Below the pieces are notes generated by a model, which was not told the origin of the DNA, searched no databases, and saw only the letters and a program-made list of their open reading frames with translations. From Candidatus Eiseniibacteriota bacterium (lineage in GTDB: Bacteria > Eisenbacteria > RBG-16-71-46), in the NCBI GenBank assembly GCA_963707915.1, contig OY970178.1:2112001-2176000 (forward strand): a stretch of 64,000 bases of DNA. The letters are read 5' to 3'. Positions 38,143-47,574 of the stretch are shown here, one piece after another. Each line of letters opens with the position of its first letter. The stretch's first letter is position 1. Made by a program: the position numbers and the translations under genes.

Positions 38143-40142
38143 CTATCCCTGCATCGCTTCCCAAACCAGTTCGGCGAGGTCTTTGACCACGATCTTCCCC
38201 TCGTTGTCGGTGGTCTTCACGGCATCGCGGAACATGGCGATGTCCTTCGGACAGCTGACCACCAGCGTCGAGACCCCCGGCAGCCCGGCAACCTCGCGGA
38301 TGCGGCTTTCGGCGGGACGCTCCTTGATGCCAGGCACGTCCTCCATCCAGATCCGGCCGCCGCCCGCGCCGCAGCAGTAGCTGCGGTTGCGGCTGCGCGG
38401 CATCTCCACCAGCTCGAGCCCCAGCCCGGCGAGCACGCGGCGCGGCGGGTCGTAGACGCCGTTGTAGCGACCGAGGTAGCAGGGATCGTGATAGGTGACC
38501 CGTCCGGCGAGGCGCTGCTTCAGCGGCAGCCGCCCCTGCGTCAGCAGCTGGTCCAGCAGTTCGGTGTAGTGCAGGACCGGGACCGCGCGGCCGTTCCAGC
38601 GATACTCGTTCTTCAGCGTGTTGTAGGTGTGCGGGTCGGTCGTCACCAGCGTCTTGAACTGGGCCTTCTCCATGACCTGCAGGTTCTTCTCCCGCAGCAT
38701 CTCGAAGAGCCCCTCCTCCCCGATGCGGCGCACGTCGTTGCCGGCGTTGCGCTCGCCCTCGTAGAGCAGGCCGAAGTCCACGCCCGACCGCTGGAGGATC
38801 TCCGCGGTCTTGCGGGTGATGTCCTCGAGCCGCGGGTCGTACGAGGCGTAGTCGCCCACGTACCACAGGACCTCGGCCGGTTCCTTGCGCGCGTCCTTGA
38901 TCTTGGTGGCCAGCGGCTGGGTCCACTTCGCCCGCATCCGGTCCGACTTGCCGAAGGAATTGCCGTAGCGGTTCAGGTTGGCCAGCATGTCCTGGAGCGT
39001 CTTCTCGACCGCGCCCTCGCCGACCAGGTGACGGCGCATCTGCACGACGGTGGGGATCTGCTCGTTCAGGACCGCGCAGCGCTCCATGCAGGACATGCAG
39101 GTCGTGCAGGCCCAGATCTCGGCCTCGGCCACCACGCCGCCGATGAGCGCGGGAGCGGCCTTGCCGGGCTTCGCCAGGCCCGCTTCGAGCGTGTGCTTCT
39201 TGAGCTTCTGGATGATCTGCTGGGGCTCGAGCGGGAAGCCCGAGGTCGTGGCCGGGCAGGCACGGTCGCAGCGGCCGCACTCCGCGCAGGAGAAGCCCCC
39301 GAGCAGCTGCTTCCAGGTGAAGTCGTCCCACTTCGCCGCGCCCGCCGCCGACTCCTCCGTCCCGCCGGCGATGTCCAGGTCGCCCGCTGGGCGGAGGCTG
39401 CCGAAGAGCACGTTGAACGGCGAGGCCAGCAGGTGCAGGTGCTTGGAGTACGGCAGGTAGACGAGGAAGCACAGCACGCCGAAGGTGTGCACCCACCACA
39501 TCGACTTGGCCAGCCCCTCGGCCCGCTCCGCCGTCAGCCCGGAGACCAGCGGGACGAGCAGGCTGGCGAACGGGGCCCAGGCGCTCGACGGGGCGCCCTC
39601 GGCGATCAGCCGGAACGCGCCGCCGAACAGCGAGCTGAGCATCAGGATGCCGATCCAGACCAGGATCAGGTTCGCGTCGATGCTGAGGTGCAGGTGCGGC
39701 GGCGCGAAGAATGCGCGCCGCAGCGCGGAAACGACCAGCGCGGCCAGCACGACGACCGCGAACACGTCCAGGAACAGGGCGACCACGCCGACCGTGTCGG
39801 GGTACGGGAGCGGCAGCCCGGGGAACAGGCCGCGCACCAGCCCCCAGTTGAAGCAGACGACGTAGAGCACGAAGCCCCAGAAGATCAGGAAGTGGGGCAG
39901 CCCGATGGCTCGGCTCGTTGAAGATGCGCGGCTGGAGGAAGACGTGCTTGACCACGTTCAGCGACGCGCTTCGCCGGCTGGTCGAAGCGGTTCTCGGGGC
40001 GGCCCCTGCGCACCAGCCCGACGAGCTGGCTCACCCGCCATCCGAACACGCCGAAGGCCACCAGCGTCGACACCCACAGCACGACGAGCCCCGGCAACCC
40101 CAGGAACGAGACCACGACGGGATCCTGCCCCATGGCGCTCAT
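38143..40142 (-). CDS. Membrane-bound FadF/HdrF/EMO-like oxidoreductase (heme-b TM region, 2x4Fe-4S, CCG); frameshifts near 39905-39960
   Basis: HFLIFWGF, WWVH...LPYSKHLH His ligands, CAECGRCDRACP, CTTCMSCMERC, YHDPCYLGRYN, CCGAGGG; ATGA overlap with etfA. Confidence 0.85.
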
Positions 40143-41110
40143 CCCTTGCGCGCCTTGATCTTCTCGGTCAGCACCGGCAGCAGCTCGAGCACGTCCGCGC
40201 ACACCCCGTACTTCGCGACGTCGAAGATCGGGGCGGCCGCGTCGGTGTTGACCGCCACGATGGTCTGGGAGGCCTGCATCCCCTCGACGTGTTCGGGCGC
40301 GCCGCTGATGCCCAGCGCCAGGTACAGCCGCGGCTTCACGCTCATGCCGGACTTGCCGACCTGGCGGCTCAGGGCCAGCCAGCCCTGGTCGACCACCGGC
40401 CGCGAGCCGCACACCGCCCCGCCCAGCGCCGCCGCCAGCTCCTCGGCCAGCTCGATGTTGTCCTGGGTCTGGATGCCGCGCCCCACCGCCACCAGCACGT
40501 CCTGCTTGGTGATGTCGACGTCGCCGGCCTCGGGCTCGATGAAGCGCTCGAACTTCGACCGCCGGGGCCTCGACCGGCAGCGCGACGGTCTCGACCGTCG
40601 CGGCCTTGTCGGTGCGGCCGGCGTCCGCCGGGAACGCGCCGGCGGAGACGCTGACGATGCCGCGCCCGTCGGCGAGCGCGACGTCGGAGAGGATCTTGCC
40701 GCCGAACAGCTGGCTGGTGACCACCACGCCGCCGCCCTCGGCCCGCAGGCCGCGGCAGAAGTTGACGAACGGCAGGCCGGCCCGCGCCGAGAGCACGGAG
40801 CCCACGCCCATCGCCAGGTTGGTCCAGCCGAGGAACAGCGAGCCCGTCCTGCTTCTGCTCGACCAGCGTCTTGAGCAGGCCCGCCACCGTGCCGGCCGGC
40901 GGGATCTCGGCCGGGAGTCTCGACCGCGAACACCGCGTCCGCCAGGCCGAGCTTCGCCGCCACCGCCGCCGCGTCCTTGCCGATCACCGCCGCGTGCAGG
41001 GGGACCTTCAGCTCGTCGGCCAGCTTGCGGCCCGCGCCCAGCATCTCGAAGGTGATGTCCGCGACCTCGCCCTTGAGGTGCTCCGCGAGGATGAGGATTC
41101 CGTTTGCCAT
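40139..41110 (-). CDS. etfA: Electron transfer flavoprotein alpha subunit; about three internal single-base frameshifts
   Basis: ILILAEH N-terminus; C-terminal VAVGRG, GSRPVVD, QVGKSG, LYLALGISGAPEHVEGM, AVNTDAAAPIF. Frame breaks near 40912, 40848 and 40556. Confidence 0.9.
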   Translation of the reverse strand: MANGILILAEHLKGEVADITFEMLGAGRKLADELKVPLHAAVIGKDAAAVAAKLGLADAVFAVETPGRDPAGRHGGGPAQDAGRAEAGRARCSSAGPTWRWAWAPCSRRGPACRSSTSAAACGPRAAAWWSPASCSAARSSPTSRSPTGAASSASPPARSRRTPAAPTRPRRSRPSRCRSRPRRSKFERFIEPEAGDVDITKQDVLVAVGRGIQTQDNIELAEELAAALGGAVCGSRPVVDQGWLALSRQVGKSGMSVKPRLYLALGISGAPEHVEGMQASQTIVAVNTDAAAPIFDVAKYGVCADVLELLPVLTEKIKARKG

Positions 41111-41122
41111 GGTCGTCACCCC

Positions 41123-41892
41123 CTAGATCAGGCTCTGGTTGGCGAGCAGGTCCACGATGCGGTCCGCCACGTCCTCCGGCGAGCCCTCCAGCATCTCCGC
41201 GCGTCCCGCGGACTCGGGCTTGTACATGCGCTCGATCGCATAGCGGGCCGGGGCGTCGGTCGAGACGTCCACGGTCTCGAGCTTGGAGGACTTCATCGCC
41301 GCGCGGACCTTGGCGATCGGCACGTAGCGCGGCGGCTTCTCGGCCGACTGGATCCCGAGCACCGCGGGCATCGGGCAGGAGAACTCGCCGCGCAGGCCGC
41401 CGGCGAACTCCTTGGTGACCACCACGCCGGCGCCGTCGGGCGCCACACCGGTCACGACGCCGACGTAGGGCAGGCCGAGCTGGTCGGCGAGGTACGGGCC
41501 GATCTCGCCCTCGAGGTCGTCGATCGCCTGGCTGCGGACCAGGATCAGCGTGTCGGCGGGCAGCGGGGCGGCCTTGAGGAAGTCGGCGAACAGCTGCGCG
41601 GCCGCAGAAGCTCTGGACGCCCGGCCAGGTCGCCGGTGAGCTTGACGACGCGGTCGGCGCCCTTGGCGAACGCCATGAACAGCGACTCGTCCAGCTCGGG
41701 GGCGTCCATCGCCACCACCGTGACCGTGCCGCCGTGCTTCTCCTTCAGCAGCAGGGCCTGCTCGAGCGCGTGCTCATCGGCGTCGCTGAGCTTGAACCTC
41801 AGCCACTCCGCGTCCAGCGACTTCTGGTCCGCGGCGACCGTCAGCTCCTCGACCGTATCGGGAACCGTCTTCAGCAGGACGAACAGGTTCAT
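41123..41892 (-). CDS. etfB: Electron transfer flavoprotein beta subunit; frameshift(s) around 41530-41610
   Basis: LLKTVPD, DEHALEQALLLKEKHGG, AKGADR, QAIDD, PRYVPI motifs spread across frames. Confidence 0.88.
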
Positions 41893-42175
41893 GAGCCGAT
41901 ACCTCGCTTTGGCGATCCTTCTGCGACGTGGTCCGTCGAACGACCTGCGGTGTCACGGTCTCGCGCCGCTCCTGGTGCGGACGGAGGCCGGAACGCGAAG
42001 CGACGGCGACGGACCCGTGCTGCCGTCGCCGGCTCGCGACCGGACACTAGCAGCGCAGGCCGCGACGCCCTACCGGCGCGAAGCCGACCCGGGCATCGAG
42101 CCCCGGTCGGCATCTGATCGGCGGCACCGCTCAGCCTGCACCTCGAAGCGGGACAACAGTTCCGCGCTCTCGCCC

Positions 42176-42192
42176 TGCATGGAGGGTGCCAA
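42176..42192 (-). promoter_or_regulatory. Sigma-54 (-24/-12) promoter candidate for the etf-hdr-mvh operon
   Basis: Minus strand reads TTGGCACCCTCCATGCA: TGGCAC-N5-ATGCA with exact GG-N10-GC spacing, facing etfB. Confidence 0.65.
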
Positions 42193-42364
42193 CGTCGGGC
42201 GAGTCTCGTGGGCTCCAGAATCGCGCGCCGGACGGCTTCGAATCGGCCGGACGGTAGCCCTGGAGCTGATCGGACGAAGGCCCGGTCGGCCACCACTTCG
42301 GCCCGGCCGGGGCCGTCCGGACGACATCCCGGCCCGAGGACCCGGCCGGAAACCGGTCGTGTAC

Positions 42365-42386
42365 GCAATAGATTGCCGTTCATCAA
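42365..42386. promoter_or_regulatory. AT-rich patch with an FNR/CRP-like box and a short palindrome
   Basis: TTGCC-GTTC-ATCAA (42373-42386, 8/10 to TTGAT-N4-ATCAA) overlaps GCAAT-AG-ATTGC (42365-42376). Confidence 0.3.
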
Positions 42387-42768
42387 GTTACAAGCTCGGT
42401 CCATGCCACGGACCCGCGCTCCGCCTCTTCGGGGTCGGCCGCCCCGGAGCCGACCGCAGAAGAGCCCGCTCGAGACGCTCCCGCCTACCGTGGCCGGGTG
42501 GAACCGAGGCGCCACGGCATGACGCCCCTGACAGGCATGACAGCCAGACCGACCGGATCCGCGGGCTCTCCGGGACCGGCCGAACGCGCGTGACGCGAGA
42601 CATGGCGCGCCCTGGGGGCGCCTCTCCCGCGCGAAACGAATCCGCCGCGCGACCCGCGGGGAGCGCCCGAGCACGCAGCCTGGTCGCGGCGTTCCACACA
42701 CGCTCGACGCGCGCGCTGGCGCGGCGAAGAGCGGAAACGAATAATGCGCCGGAGCGCTGCACGTGGGC

Positions 42769-42793
42769 GCAACTTCCCGCCGGCTCGCGCGTC
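42769..42793 (+). promoter_or_regulatory. ECF-type promoter candidate (autoregulatory)
   Basis: GCAAC-N16-CGTC about 50 nt upstream of the ECF sigma start codon. Confidence 0.4.
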
Positions 42794-42842
42794 CTTGGAG
42801 GGAGCCCGGCGGACGGGCGGCGAATCGGGGGATCTTCGAGCG

Positions 42843-43395
42843 ATGAGTTCGGACGAGGAGCTCGCGGAAGCCTTCCGCAGCGGGGACGACGGAGCGTTCT
42901 CCACGCTGTACGAGCGCCATCGCCGGTCGCTCTTCGTCTTCGGCGCCCGCATGCTCGGGAGCGCCGAGGCGGCCGGCGACCTGGTGCAGGACACCTTCCT
43001 CGGGATCTACGAGCGGCGGCGCGAGTTGCCGGGCCTGCAGAGCTTCCGCGGCTGGCTCTTCACCGTGGGGCGGAACCGCTGCCTGACGCTGCTGCGCCAG
43101 CAGAAGACACGCGGGCGGCTGATCGACGGCGCGGCCCCCGCGCCGTTGCCGGACGGTCCGGCGACCGCGCTCGAGAACGAGGAGGAGTCGCGGCTGGTGC
43201 GCCGGGCGCTGGCGGCGATGCCGCCCGGAGCACCGGGAGGTCCTGGTCCTGCGCGAGTACCAGGAGCTTTCGTACCGCGAGATCGCGGAAATCACCGGGG
43301 CGACCGAGAGCGCGGTGAAGTCCAGGCTGTTCCGGGCCAGGCAGTCGCTCGCCGACCGGCTGAGACCCGCGTTGACCGGAGGAGACGAGTCATGA
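42843..43395 (+). CDS. ECF RNA polymerase sigma factor; one frameshift near 43225
   Basis: SDEELAE...AFSTLYERH...DLVQDTF...FRGWLFTVGRNRC (region 2). Removing one C gives REVLVLREYQELSYREIAEITG...VKSRLFRAR (region 4). Confidence 0.9.
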
Positions 43396-43883
43396 GCTGC
43401 GAAGCGCACCGGCAGCACCTGAGCCTGATGATGGACGCCGAGACCGAAGACGCGGTGCCGGCCGGACTCTTCGGCCACCTCGAGGGCTGCGCGGAGTGCC
43501 GGCACTTCCTCGACGCGCTGATCCGCTTCCGCGGCGCGGCGCGGCGGGACCGCGAGGAGATCCTGCGGCTGGCGGACGAGTCGCTGCCCGCGAGGTTCCC
43601 GCTGCCCGGGAGGCCGGGAGCCCGGCAGACGCCGCGGACCGGACGGACGGCCTGGTGGCGGCCGGGTCTCCCCGCGCCCGCGGCGGTCGCGCTCGCGGTC
43701 CTGCTGCTCGCGGCGGGTGTCGCCATCGGCACGGGCCTGGGGGTCCGCATCGGCCGCGCGCCGCGCGGCGCTCCCGACGCCGAGGTGGCGAAGCAGCCGC
43801 CCGGCGGAACCACCTACGTCTACGTCTGTTCGATGCCGCAGGTCGACGTCATCGGGAGCCCGATTCCGGCTTCCGGCCAGTGA
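43392..43883 (+). CDS. Zinc-binding (zf-HC2/ZAS) transmembrane anti-sigma factor
   Basis: MSC...HLEGCAEC (HxxxCxxC), one TM helix, short C-terminal tail; ATGA overlap with the sigma gene. Confidence 0.85.
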   Translation: MSCEAHRQHLSLMMDAETEDAVPAGLFGHLEGCAECRHFLDALIRFRGAARRDREEILRLADESLPARFPLPGRPGARQTPRTGRTAWWRPGLPAPAAVALAVLLLAAGVAIGTGLGVRIGRAPRGAPDAEVAKQPPGGTTYVYVCSMPQVDVIGSPIPASGQ

Positions 43884-43917
43884 CCGGGTCGTGAGGATCC
43901 AACCAGGGGAGGAGAGG

Positions 43918-44355
43918 ATGCGAAACCGGAGATGGTTCGTGCTCGTGCTCTGCGCCGGAGCGTTCGCCTGCCTGCTCGCGGGCGCCGCGCGCGCCGGTGG
44001 TGCCCCGGTCGACGCCGGGCAGGCCCCGGACGCCAAGGCCGCCCCCGCCGAGGTGGAGGGGACGGATGGCATGCGGGTCGTGGACGAGCTGCCGAAGATG
44101 CTGAAGCAGGTCGCGCCCCGGTACCCGGCCGGCGCCCGCAAGCGCGGCGAGCAGGGGACCGTCCACGTCCGGGCGCTGGTGAAGAAGGACGGGATGCCGA
44201 CCCGGGTGCAGGTCCCCTCCGGGAAGGGCGTCACGCCCGAGTTGGACCGGGCGGCGATCGAGGCCGTGAGACAGTGGACGTTCGTGCCGGCGCAGAGCGA
44301 GGGCAAGCCGGTCGCCGTCTACGTCGTGATCCCCGTCAAGTTCCAGTTGAAGTAG
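43918..44355 (+). CDS. TonB C-terminal domain protein with signal peptide
   Basis: PRYPAGARKRGEQGTVHVRALVKKDG...LDRAAIEAVRQWTFVPA...GKPV...PVKFQL TonB-CTD; N-terminal hydrophobic stretch ending AARA. Confidence 0.85.
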   Translation: MRNRRWFVLVLCAGAFACLLAGAARAGGAPVDAGQAPDAKAAPAEVEGTDGMRVVDELPKMLKQVAPRYPAGARKRGEQGTVHVRALVKKDGMPTRVQVPSGKGVTPELDRAAIEAVRQWTFVPAQSEGKPVAVYVVIPVKFQLK

Positions 44356-44452
44356 CCCCGCCCTGCCGGGAGGGCGGAGACGCCACGACCCGGGTCGAAC
44401 GACGCGCACGGCGCGGGCCCGGCCCGGGTCGCTCCTCCAGGACCGCCGCGGG

Positions 44453-44920
44453 CTACCCGGACTGGCCGGCGAGGTAGACCTGCAGGCCCATCTGCCCGAT
44501 CTGCGCCCGCTGCACCTCGGCCCAGTCCACGTGCTCCTCCTCCATCTTGAGGATCTTGGTGAGCAGGTCCGCGGTGGCCTGGTCCTCGGCCTCGCGCGCG
44601 ACACGGATCGCGGCGTTGTAGGCGCGCACCGCGTTCAACTCGGCCTCCTCGTCGTTCGCGACCATCTGCGGGACGTCCTTGCCGATCTTCATGGCGTTGA
44701 GCTTGGAGACGACCGGGACGCCGTCGAAGAACAGGATGCGCGCGATGAGCCACTCGGCGTGCTTCATCTCATCCACGGCCTGCTTCTCGATGGCCTTGTG
44801 AAGCTTCTCGTAGCCCCAGCTGTCGCACATCTCGGAGTGCACCATGTACTGGCTGATGGCGGTCAACTCCTCGGCCAGCAGCTCGTTGAGGACGGACAGC
44901 ACCTTGTCGTTGCCCTTCAT
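44453..44920 (-). CDS. bfr: Bacterioferritin
   Basis: MKGNDKV, ELTAISQYMVH, DEMKHA (heme Met and ferroxidase ligands), EEEHVDW. Confidence 0.95.
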   Translation of the reverse strand: MKGNDKVLSVLNELLAEELTAISQYMVHSEMCDSWGYEKLHKAIEKQAVDEMKHAEWLIARILFFDGVPVVSKLNAMKIGKDVPQMVANDEEAELNAVRAYNAAIRVAREAEDQATADLLTKILKMEEEHVDWAEVQRAQIGQMGLQVYLAGQSG

Positions 44921-45003
44921 CGTTCATTCCCTCCTGGCAATGGGAGCGGATCCCGCCCGGTACGGTGCCCGTCCGTGCCCCCGCCGTCAAGACGGCCGGG
45001 CAC

Positions 45004-45585
45004 CTACGACTGCAGGAACGGAGCGCCCAGGGGCAGCACGGCCCGCCCGAACGTGCCGTTGGTCACCTCCGCGATGGCGACATACATCGCGTTGAGACCA
45101 CAGGCCAGCCCGATCCAGCCGCCGAGCCGGCCGCTGCCCAAGCCGAGGTCCCCGCCCGCGAGCAGGAAGAAGGTGATCCAGAGCAGCAGGAACACGCTCC
45201 ACACCGCGCGGTTCGAACGGAACGTGGAGATCCACAGGCCGAAGGTGAAGACGCCCCACATCAGCAGCGTCACCCCCAGGCCGGCGGCGGACGGCGCGGC
45301 GATCAGGCCCGCGCCGACGGTCCACTGCAACAGCGCCCACCACCACCAGAACAGTCCGTAGGACGTGAACGCCACCGCGCCGAAGGTGTTCCCGTTGCGG
45401 TATTCCATCGCGCCGGTCAGGATCTGCGCCACCCCCCCGAACGCGAACGCGAGCGGCACGACCGCCGGCAGGGCGTCCTTCGGCAGCAACCCCGCGTTGA
45501 TCGAACTCAGCACGACCGTCGTCAGCCCGAACCCGGCCAGCCCCAGCGGCGCGGGGTTCGCGACTCTCACCTGTGCGTCTGCCAT
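45004..45585 (-). CDS. satP: Acetate/succinate transporter, SatP (GPR1/FUN34/YaaH) family
   Basis: ANPAPLGLAGFGLTT signature, GNTFGAVAFTSYGLFW, six TM helices. Confidence 0.9.
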   Translation of the reverse strand: MADAQVRVANPAPLGLAGFGLTTVVLSSINAGLLPKDALPAVVPLAFAFGGVAQILTGAMEYRNGNTFGAVAFTSYGLFWWWWALLQWTVGAGLIAAPSAAGLGVTLLMWGVFTFGLWISTFRSNRAVWSVFLLLWITFFLLAGGDLGLGSGRLGGWIGLACGLNAMYVAIAEVTNGTFGRAVLPLGAPFLQS

Positions 45586-45745
45586 TTCGCGGCCTCCCGT
45601 GGATCCACCTCTCCTCGACTCCGGCGCCGGGTCGGCGCCGGCTCACCGCTGTTCCGCACCTCCGCGGTGCGCCGCGTCCCCGCCGGGCAGAAACCGGGGG
45701 CGGAGCCGGAGCCCCGCCCCCTGGCCACGCCGGCGTCACGCGCCT

Positions 45746-46249
45746 TCAGCGTGCCGGGCGCTCCATCAGCAGCCGGCGCGCGTACGGGATCAGGCCGCCC
45801 GCGTCGATGATGGCCTGCCGCGCCTGCGGCAGGGGCTCGATCGCGAACGACTTGCCCGAGGTGCGATTCCAGACCTTGCCATCCTTGATCTCGAGCTCGT
45901 CGCCCTCCGCCGCCTCGATGGCCGGGCAGATCACCATGGCGAGCCCGACGTTGATCGAGTTCTGCAGGAAGATGCGCGCGAAGTTCCGCGCGACGACCGT
46001 GATCTCGTAGCCCTTGATGCACGACGCGGCCTGCTCGCGCGACGAGCCGCAGCCGAAGTTGCCCCCCGCCACGATGAACGAGCCGGGCGGGACCTCCTTC
46101 GCCTTCAGCCGGCGGTTGAACTCCGCGTCGTCCACGAAGGCGAACTGCGGCGTCTCGGTCGGCAGCACCGTCGCCATGAAGCGGCCCGGGTAGATGATGT
46201 CGGTCGAGACGTCGTCGCCGAGCTTGCGCACGACCTTGCCGGTGGCCAT
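45746..46249 (-). CDS. LeuD/homoaconitase-type hydro-lyase small subunit
   Basis: DDVSTDIIYPGRF, NFGCGSSREQAA, FARIFLQNSINVGL, AGGL. Confidence 0.88.
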   Translation of the reverse strand: MATGKVVRKLGDDVSTDIIYPGRFMATVLPTETPQFAFVDDAEFNRRLKAKEVPPGSFIVAGGNFGCGSSREQAASCIKGYEITVVARNFARIFLQNSINVGLAMVICPAIEAAEGDELEIKDGKVWNRTSGKSFAIEPLPQARQAIIDAGGLIPYARRLLMERPAR

Positions 46250-46250
46250 C

Positions 46251-47545
46251 TCAGTCCACTCCTCTCGGGTCGGAGATCACGCCGGTGATCGCGCTGGCCG
46301 CGGCGACCGCGGTCGAGCACAGGTAGACCTCGGCATTCGGGTTGCCCATCCGTCCCTTGAAATTGCGGTTGGTGGTGGCGAGCGCCATCTCGCCGTCGCC
46401 CAGCGCCCCCTGGTGCACGCCCAGGCACGGGCCGCAGCCCGGGTTGCACACCACCGCGCCGGCCGTGACGAGGTCGCGCAGGTAGCCCAGGCGCAGCGCC
46501 TCGGAGTAGATGCGCCACGAGGCCGGGAACACCAGCATGCGCGTGCTGTCCGCCACGCGCTTGCCCTTGAGGATCCTCGCCGCCACCTCGAGGTCGTCGA
46601 GCCGGCCGTTGGTGCACGAGCCGACCACGATCTGCTGCACCTTCTTGCCCTCCACCTCGTCGATCGGCTTGACGTTGTCCACCGTGTGCGGGCAGGCGAT
46701 CTGCGGCCCCAGCGCCGCCGCGTCGATCTCGACCACCCGCTCGTAGACCGCGTCCGCGTCCGGCCCGAACAGGTCGAGCGGCGTCCTTCACGCCGGCCTC
46801 CTCGCGCAGGTAGCGCTCGGTCTCGTCGTCGGGCGGCACGACGCCCGCGGTGGCGCCGGCCTCGACCGTCATGTTGCACAGCACCAGCCGGCCCGAGGTC
46901 GACATGGTCGCTGATGGTCTCGCCGTGGAACTCGATCGACCTTGTAGTTCGCGCCCTCGGCCGTGAGCTTGCCGATGAGGTGGAGGATCAGGTCCTTCGG
47001 GTAGACGCCCGGGGCGAAGCGGCCGTTCACCACGACCTTGATGGTGCCCGGCACCTCGACGTTGAGGATGCTGCCCAGCGCCCAGACCGCCGCCATCTCG
47101 GTGGCGCCGATGCCGAAGGCGAAGGCGCCCAGCGCGCCGTGGGTGGTCGTGTGGCTGTCGGTGCCCACCACCACGTGAGCCCGGCCGCACGTAGCCGTTC
47201 TCGGGCAGGATCTGGTGGCAGATGCCGCCCACGTCGCCGCGGATGTCGTGGAACTTGGTGATGCCCTGCTTCGCGACGAACTCGCGGATCTTCTTCTGGT
47301 TGGTCGCCGTCTTCGAGCGACTCCGCCGGCACGCGGTGGTCGAAGATGATGGCGATGCGCGAGGGGTCCCAGACCTTCGGCTCGCGGCCGGTGCCCTGGA
47401 AGATCTCGTGGAATTGGTTGATGACGAGCGCGCCGTTCTCGTGCGACATCGCCAGGTGGACCGGCGGCTCGAGGACGTCGCCGACCGCCACCGCGGGCTT
47501 GCCGCAGGCGCGGGCCAGCAGTTTCTGCACGTAGGTCATGCCCAT
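46251..47545 (-). CDS. LeuC/homoaconitase-type hydro-lyase large subunit; several frameshifts (about 46780, 46910-46940, 47175, 47318)
   Basis: MSHENG, FDHRVP, GICHQ, GTDSHTTTHGA, LCNM, GSCTNGR, PGCGPCLG, TTNRNFKGRMG motifs distributed over frames. Confidence 0.88.
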
Positions 47546-47574
47546 CGTGTTCCCTTCCTCCCTCAGCGGCCGTG

